Position numbers and translations under genes: made by a program
Shown: positions 59,332 to 64,000 of the stretch, piece after piece
How the letters are laid out: every line of letters begins with the position of its first letter
Position numbering within the stretch: the first letter of the stretch is position 1
Source: an uncultured Spirochaetota bacterium
Lineage (GTDB): Bacteria > Spirochaetota > Brevinematia > Brevinematales > JAOACQ01
Reading direction: 5' to 3'
Length of the DNA: 64,000 nucleotides
Assembly (NCBI GenBank): GCA_963835575.1
Contig: CAWIGG010000006.1
Coordinates: 256,001-320,000 of the forward strand
Notes under the pieces: generated by a model
Told to the model about the DNA's origin: nothing
What the model saw: the letters and a program-made list of their open reading frames with translations, nothing else
Database searches by the model: none

Positions 59332-59548
59332 CGGAACCACAGATTTCACAGAAAACACAGATTATGGGTTCGAAACAATTCAGTGAATCCTTTTGTTATA
59401 AATATAGAAAAGAAACGAAAAATGATATGCGAAATAGAAAATTATTGTAGAAGCGATTTAATTGTAATCAATAAAATTTATATTTTCCTATAATTCAGTA
59501 TGGATTCCACAGAATAAATCTGTGAAATCGGTGAAATCTGTGGTTCCG
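59332..59548. repeat. Periodic-arm inverted repeat (CACAGA units, 9-nt period)
   Basis: CGGAACCACAGATTTCACAGAAAACACAGATT versus the reverse complement of 59517-59548, CGGAACCACAGATTTCACCGATTTCACAGATT. Confidence 0.85.
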
Positions 59549-59585
59549 ATTCGTATTTTAAAATCTCAAGGCTGTTGGCTAAGTA

Positions 59586-60923
59586 TTATAAAACAATATC
59601 CAGGTCCTTCATCTTCCGGAGGAGATTATTGGGCAGTATGCCGATGCTGATCGCTGTTTTTGAGACATTATTATTATGCAGGCCCAGCTGGGTTTCGATA
59701 TACTTTTTTTCCAGAAGTTTTTTGGCCTCGCTGTACTGCATCGTTTTCTGGAAAACGGCATCACCCCCGTTTTTATGGGTAATTCCCATGATGTTCTGCA
59801 CATCTTCATCCCGGACTTCATTCTTTTCAGAAAATGCGAAAAGCCTCTGCATCAGGTTCTTGAGTTCGCGGATATTGCCTTTGAGCGGCATTTCGGATAT
59901 CAGGGCCATTGCCGAAGGGGAAACGGTTTTTATGACTGAACCGTTTTCTATGCAGGCCTGTTTGAGAAAATGGTCCGCCAGTATGGAAATATCCTCTTTT
60001 CTCTCGCGCAGTGGAGGAATATGAACAACAAGGACGCCGATGCGGTAATAAAAATCTTCGCGGAATTTGCCTTCATCGACTGCCTCTTTCAGGTTCCGGT
60101 TTGTGGCGCAGATCAGGCGGAAATCAACTTTGACTTTCGCCTCGCTCCCGACGCGGGTTACTTCCCTGTCTTCCAGAACGCGGAGGAGTTTTGCCTGCTG
60201 GGAAAGAGGAAGATCGCCGATTTCGTCCAGGAAAAGACTTCCCTGGCTCGCGAGCTCGATTTTACCTTTCTTTGCTCCGCCGGCGCCTGTAAACGCCCCT
60301 TTTTCATGCCCGAAAAGCTCGCTTTCAAACAGATTTTCAGGGATGGCGGCGCAGTTCTGCTTGATCATCTCGTTCTTTCCCCTCTTGCTTTTCAGATGGA
60401 TCAGATGCGCCACATGTTCCTTACCGACGCCGCTTTCACCCATAATGAGAACTGGAAAATCGATCTGCGAAGCTTTTTCGATCATTTCATTCATTTTCTT
60501 TACGGCCGTGGAATTTCCGATGATTTTAAACTTATCTATTTCCTTTTTCAACAGGCTTGAAAACCTTTTATGCTCGATGGCGTTGTTGATGACAACCTTC
60601 ATTTTCTGATAGGAAATGGGTTTTTCAACAAAGTCAAAAGCGCCGAGCTTTATCGACAGCACGGCTTTTTCCACGCTGGAATATCCCGAGATCATCACGC
60701 ATTCAATAAATGGGAAGCGGCTTTTAATTTCATTCAGAAGCTCCAGGCCGTCCTCCTCGCCTAGCTTCATATCGATTACGGCGATATCGAACGAGTCGCT
60801 TTCCAGCGTCAGGATTTTTTTCGCGCTTTTGATCGAATCGGCGCCGACAACTTCATATTCCTCAAAAACGCCTTTCAAACTGGAAATCACGTCCTCATTG
60901 TCGTCTACTACTAATAATTTCAT
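59586..60923 (-). CDS. Sigma-54-dependent response regulator (NtrX/NtrC-like)
   Basis: Receiver domain, GESGVGKE, ESELFGHEKGAFTGA, GNIREL, Fis-type HTH. Confidence 0.92.
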   Translation of the reverse strand: MKLLVVDDNEDVISSLKGVFEEYEVVGADSIKSAKKILTLESDSFDIAVIDMKLGEEDGLELLNEIKSRFPFIECVMISGYSSVEKAVLSIKLGAFDFVEKPISYQKMKVVINNAIEHKRFSSLLKKEIDKFKIIGNSTAVKKMNEMIEKASQIDFPVLIMGESGVGKEHVAHLIHLKSKRGKNEMIKQNCAAIPENLFESELFGHEKGAFTGAGGAKKGKIELASQGSLFLDEIGDLPLSQQAKLLRVLEDREVTRVGSEAKVKVDFRLICATNRNLKEAVDEGKFREDFYYRIGVLVVHIPPLRERKEDISILADHFLKQACIENGSVIKTVSPSAMALISEMPLKGNIRELKNLMQRLFAFSEKNEVRDEDVQNIMGITHKNGGDAVFQKTMQYSEAKKLLEKKYIETQLGLHNNNVSKTAISIGILPNNLLRKMKDLDIVL

Positions 60924-60960
60924 GTTTCTATCCTTATAAAAAATTTTGCCGGATTATTCC

Positions 60961-62040
60961 TTAATCATTAAGAAAAATAATCTGGAATGTCGTACCGGAA
61001 TCAAGTCTGGATTTCACGTCAATCAGGGCGTTCTGCTCCTGCGAGAGGCTTTTCACGATCGAGAGACCGATCCCTATGTTACCTTTTTTTGTAGAAAATC
61101 CTGGCTCAAATATTTTCTTTATCGTCTCATCGCTCATGCCTTTGCCGGAATCCTGAATCGAGATGATTTTTTTGTTTCCTTCATTTTTCAGACTGATTAT
61201 AACTGAGGAATCATTCCCGGCTTCAATACCGTTTTTGATGAGGTTCCGGATGACTTCTTTGAAAAGAATAACGTCTATTTTTAAATTGAATGGCTTTTCC
61301 CCTTTCCAATCCAGCTTCGCGTTTTTAAATTCCCTGCAGACTTCCCTGATGATCGGTATCACGTCCTTATTCTCAAGATTGGCGTCGGGGTAATGCGAGA
61401 TGTCCCGGAATTTATGAAGGATCATTTTCATGTCGTTGAGTTTATTCAGAATAAAAGCCACCTTTTCTTTTTCTTCCACCTTATCGATCAGAAACTCGAC
61501 GTATGTTTGGATCGGGGAGATGATATTATTGATTTCATGGACAATGATCCTGGATATTTCCTTCCAGCCGCGGTATTTCTGTATATTGCCCAGGATCCTC
61601 TCATAATTTTTCAGCTTGACGATCATTTCATTAAAAGCCCGGATCAGGATCCGGATTTCTTCGGTACCGGTTTCCTTTAACAAGAGTTCCTTTTCGCTTT
61701 TATCAAAATAGAGGAATTTGACGGCGCCGGACAGTTTATCGATCGGTTTTGTCACGCCGTAGACAAACAGGAGATAGAGCAGAGACATAATTATAACTTC
61801 AACAAAAAATATCCCGAGCACCGAACGGGTCACTTCAATTGCCCGTTTTTCGGAAAAGGCCTTGTAAAGAGAAACCCTCTGCTGGATTTCCGTATTCCCG
61901 GCCGCGAGGTCTTTAATATAGACAAGCTCGTTTTCAAAGGCTTTCTGTGTATGCGTGATGATCGTATAGCTTGCCAGTAATGTTGTCAAAAGGATAAGGA
62001 CCATGGCCAGAATAAATATAATTATAAATCGTATCTTCAT
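60961..62040 (-). CDS. HAMP-domain sensor histidine kinase (NtrY-like)
   Basis: 2 TMs, HAMP, HEINN, DSGKG, FSTK, GIGLS. Confidence 0.9.
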   Translation of the reverse strand: MKIRFIIIFILAMVLILLTTLLASYTIITHTQKAFENELVYIKDLAAGNTEIQQRVSLYKAFSEKRAIEVTRSVLGIFFVEVIIMSLLYLLFVYGVTKPIDKLSGAVKFLYFDKSEKELLLKETGTEEIRILIRAFNEMIVKLKNYERILGNIQKYRGWKEISRIIVHEINNIISPIQTYVEFLIDKVEEKEKVAFILNKLNDMKMILHKFRDISHYPDANLENKDVIPIIREVCREFKNAKLDWKGEKPFNLKIDVILFKEVIRNLIKNGIEAGNDSSVIISLKNEGNKKIISIQDSGKGMSDETIKKIFEPGFSTKKGNIGIGLSIVKSLSQEQNALIDVKSRLDSGTTFQIIFLND

Positions 62041-62043
62041 CTT

Positions 62044-62556
62044 TTATTCCTTAATATTGTAGCTGAGGATGATTCTGGGCCTGTTTCCCCACAAATTGAT
62101 GATCTCAGGGGTCGCGTCGCAATTGAGGAGTATGTCCACTTCAGTAGAGAGCTCCTGGTTAAGATAGGAGCCGGCGTTTGTCAGAAAGACCAATTCCTGA
62201 ACAGTGATAATATTTGTCATCTGGTCATAGGAAAAGCGGGATTGATTATTAATAATATAATTGGTCCCGTCAAATTGAATACGGCGCATTGTGACGTTTT
62301 TATATATAATTTGATTCTTCTGTTCTGTTTTGACCTGGTAAATAATGTTGACCGCGACCCCGCTGTCTATAACATCACGGAGCTGAGGATTGATCAGGTT
62401 GCCGCAGCTGAATTGAGCGTTAATAATCGTCCTGTCCTTAAAATTCCTATAAACAAAGAAATTATCGCTTGTGACTTCGGGATAAGCGCTGATTATTCCC
62501 AGGACCGTCAGGATCACCTTCAGGGATTCAGCCAGTTTGGCGCCGATTACATTCAT
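62044..62556 (-). CDS. Hypothetical exported protein upstream of the kinase
   Basis: 170-aa ORF tightly coupled to the kinase gene. Confidence 0.6.
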   Translation of the reverse strand: MNVIGAKLAESLKVILTVLGIISAYPEVTSDNFFVYRNFKDRTIINAQFSCGNLINPQLRDVIDSGVAVNIIYQVKTEQKNQIIYKNVTMRRIQFDGTNYIINNQSRFSYDQMTNIITVQELVFLTNAGSYLNQELSTEVDILLNCDATPEIINLWGNRPRIILSYNIKE

Positions 62557-62676
62557 TTAAAACTCCGTTTAATTTTCAAAACAGTTTATATTCTATAAAA
62601 GTCTCATTGGTTTGTTATATCTGTTTGTGAATTCTTGTTCGTTTGATCGGCATCATCAAAAAAGTCATTTTGTAAT

Positions 62677-63403
62677 TCATGCCCGCGGGTTTCTCACTTC
62701 TTTCAGGGATTGCCTGAAGCTTTTTGAGAAGCCGCCGAAATAAATGCCGACAGAAACATAAAATGAGTGCTCATTGATGGCGGGCTGGTCCAAAAGCTTT
62801 GTAACATTGGCGCTCAAACCGGTAATGGACCAACCGGATTTAGGCATATAAATATACCCTATTTTTATTCCAACATTAATCATGCCCGAGCTTAACTAAA
62901 CTCAAAAGGGAAGCTTCAAATGCTATTGTAGAATAGGACATCCGGGTCATTGTACCAGGGTTTTGAAGGATATAATTAAAACCCGCGTTAGAAATGCCGG
63001 AAGGCTGAATTTCCAGCTCTCTGGAATATCCTCCTATCCCAAGAGCGGGTATTATCATAAATAAATCAGAATCAAGAACCGTATAACCCGCATTAAATAT
63101 GCCGACTCCGCTTATAGTGGACAGCAAATATTTGCCGTTATCGACAGTCTGCGGAGGTATTCCCATACACCATCCGCCGATGAAAACATTGTTGATAAGA
63201 ATGGCGCCCATTCCGCCGATGCCTAATGTGCAATCAGGCAGCTGGCCGTAGCCGTTAGCCGAAAACCTTTTATTGAGTTCAGAAATATCATTATATATCA
63301 GAACACCGCCAAACCCTGCCAGTCCCCCGTAAATGCCGGAATAAGCCATATCTATACTCAAAAGGGCTGAAACAATTACAAATATTGAAAATATACGCCT
63401 CAT
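62677..63403 (-). pseudogene. Outer-membrane beta-barrel-like protein split by a 1-nt frameshift
   Basis: ORF from MRRIFS (63403) ends LVKLGHD*; removing one base of the CCC at 62885-62887 gives LVKLG-MINVGIKIGY... (241 aa). Confidence 0.65.
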
Positions 63404-63653
63404 ATTTTTCTCCCATAATAATAATTCATCTGTTAATGGCAATATATATGCCATTAACAGATGAATCGGCTGAGAATTATAAAACCCTTGAAAAACACTG
63501 CTCATAACAAGAGCGTTTTATGCGCGGATAGTGTTTTTGACACCAGGATTTTTATGTAAAAACAGGGAAAAATTTAAAAATAATATCAAAAATGATATAT
63601 CGGATATGATGAGATGTCAATCTTGAGCTGAAATACTTTTCTAAAAACATTAA

Positions 63654-63754
63654 TTCACGCAAAGGCGTAAAGAACGCAAAGAATCATTTTTAAGATTTTT
63701 ACCTTTGCCTTCGGCGCCTGTCCCGAGTCCAATCAAAGGACGTCTCTGCGTGAA
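63654..63754. repeat. Periodic-arm inverted repeat, short form of the 32638-33190 element
   Basis: TTCACGCAAAGGCGTAAAGAACGCAAAG / CTTTGCCTTCGGCGCCTGTCCCGAG...GGACGTCTCTGCGTGAA. Confidence 0.75.
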
Positions 63755-63814
63755 ACTGGAAGGACCTTTAATTCAGGATAAAGTAATAAAGGTTTTAAAG
63801 TGAATGATAAGGAC

Positions 63815-64000
63815 TTACTCTGGATTGGGGATATTTTTTACCAGTTCCAGCACATCGTTATGAAGCAGGCCGTTTGTGGCGACAATGGTTTTTTTATAGA
63901 TATTATACTCATCTCCCGAATAGCCGGATAATTTACCGCCGGCTTCTTCAATGATGATTTTTCCCGCGGCCGTGTCCCATGGCTTTAAGTTCTCCTCATA
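63815..64000 (-). CDS. suhB: Inositol monophosphatase family protein, C-terminal part (runs off the window)
   Basis: Manual translation YEENLKPWDTAAGKIIIEEAGG...IVATNGLLH...*. Confidence 0.8.
   Translation of the reverse strand, partial: YEENLKPWDTAAGKIIIEEAGGKLSGYSGDEYNIYKKTIVATNGLLHNDVLELVKNIPNPE

Noticed and set aside
12690..63754. Periodic short repeats and CCCTCACCA hairpins as a CRISPR or other guide array
   Set aside because: There is no tandem repeat-spacer array; units are dispersed and inverted, and no cas genes are present.

Overview
Bacterial chromosomal window, about 50 protein-coding genes. It is probably from a flagellated, non-Borrelia spirochaete; this is inferred from the flgG N-terminus, a LacI-domain histidine kinase and HEAT/TPR proteins, and is not confirmed. 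Core genes include mtnA, pyrC, an addB-like nuclease, ilvC, purC, flgG, argC, xseB, clpP-clpX-lon, gltX, an NtrY/X-like pair and a partial suhB. There are four IS elements with readable ends: IS256, IS1380 and two IS1182-family copies, one frameshifted. Also present are a DUF433/DUF5615 toxin-antitoxin pair and an HNH gene with an attC-like tail. No rRNA, tRNA or CRISPR array was seen. The most unusual signal is non-coding. Most larger intergenic gaps hold inverted-repeat elements with arms of 9-10 nt periodic units, often with other palindromic modules nested inside. One pair brackets an AT-rich foreign-looking gene. All four IS elements lie inside such repeats or their cargo. Both IS1182 copies sit in the loop of the same hairpin of a ~320 nt structured repeat and have reciprocally swapped 4-bp flanks. 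All alignments and family calls were made by eye, without tools.
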